A stretch of 63,567 nt of DNA, filler included, from Octopus bimaculoides (taxonomy: Eukaryota): the NCBI RefSeq assembly GCF_001194135.2. It is 3 parts of 3 records of this genome, joined end to end, with 100 filler letters (N's around TTAATTAATTAA, not from the genome) between each part and the next. Parts side by side here need not be neighbours in the genome. Positions count along the whole stretch, not along the records: positions 40,898 to 63,567 come from NC_068991.1; 2 more parts are not named here. One strand, given 5' to 3'. The translations under genes were made by a program, and so were the position numbers. This document shows, piece after piece, positions 62,691 through 63,567 of the stretch; the first letter of the stretch is position 1, and each line of letters begins with the position of its first letter. The notes beneath the pieces were generated by a model. It searched no databases, had not been told where the DNA came from, and was given only the letters and a program-made list of their open reading frames with translations.

Positions 62691-63188
62691 CTAAAAATAG
62701 AAGTCAAATCTTAGTAGTATTTTTACTTCTATTTTTAGCGAAGCAGGTGCTTATGTAGTACCCGAGTATACATAAATACATACATACATATATATATATA
62801 TGATTCAAAAGGTAAGAATTGGAACAGGTAAGGCACGGTCTACAACTGTTTTGCAGCAAAGTTGAAGCTTGTTACATAACTTGTAACAAACACAAAAAAC
62901 CAGCCTAGCTAATTTTCAGTTCTTTGTTACCTCAACGTTGTTTACATTGCAGCTCGGTGCTTCAACTTACCTATTAAAAAAAAATTGTAGTCTGCACGTC
63001 ACGTTTGGAATTTTATTTGCATTTTTCCCATATCGAGATTCCTTTTAATTTGGGAAGTGTCATTTATAGTATTAATGAATACGTTGCATAGAACAGTGTT
63101 ACCTTTTCGCCATCTGTACTTGCTACGCAAATGCTTGAAGCTCAGTAACTTGCTACGCTTGGATCCCTGGATCGAACTTACCTATTGC

Positions 63189-63226
63189 GAGTGGATTTTG
63201 GTAGACGGAAACTGAGAGAAGCCTGT

Positions 63227-63285
<59 letters not shown>

Positions 63286-63366
63286 CTTTCCCGAGCGTCC
63301 AGTAACACAATCTGTATCACGTCCTCACGTTGTTGTTGTTTTTTCTTTTTCCTTTTTTGAATTCAT

Positions 63367-63442
<76 letters not shown>

Positions 63443-63447
63443 ATGTG

Positions 63448-63479
<32 letters not shown>

Positions 63480-63567
63480 CATGTATGTATATGTTTGCGT
63501 GTTTGTCTTTGTCCCCCCCCCCCTTCTAAAATTGTTTGACAAGTGATGCTGGTGTATTTACGTTCCC
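63189..63567 (+). mobile_element. SINE family A pieces separated by microsatellite and unrelated sequence, running off the window end
   Basis: gagtggattttggtagacggaaactgag at 63189, and tttgtccccc...gctggtgtatttacgttccc at the window end. Confidence 0.7.

Overview
This is eukaryotic, AT-rich, gap-ridden genomic DNA, with no prokaryotic genes, rRNA, true tRNA or CRISPR. The three tRNA-headed SINE families and the extreme microsatellite load resemble octopus/cephalopod DNA (inference from recalled consensus sequences). Nearly all ORFs in the supplied track are microsatellite or N-run artefacts. Most of the window looks like large introns of a minus-strand gene: a clear 201-nt SAM-domain exon (33859-34059) plus phase-compatible candidate exons at 19659-19812 and a 19-nt microexon at 8569-8587. 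The introns hold more than 40 SINE copies and fragments of L1/Tx1, R4/Dong-like, RTE and Penelope-like retroelements, two Tc1/mariner remnants and several foldback elements. Three observations stand out. (1) A structurally complete type I hammerhead ribozyme motif at 28099-28170 (-). (2) An internally deleted Tx1-like element with an uninterrupted 441-codon ORF1 that ends in a consensus splice donor in phase with the downstream SAM exon, suggesting a possible ORF1-SAM chimera. (3) A tRNA-headed element carrying a BovA-like RTE 5' motif. Splice-site, hammerhead, ORF and TIR coordinates were counted base by base; other repeat boundaries are approximate (about +/-10-20 nt). No searches were run.
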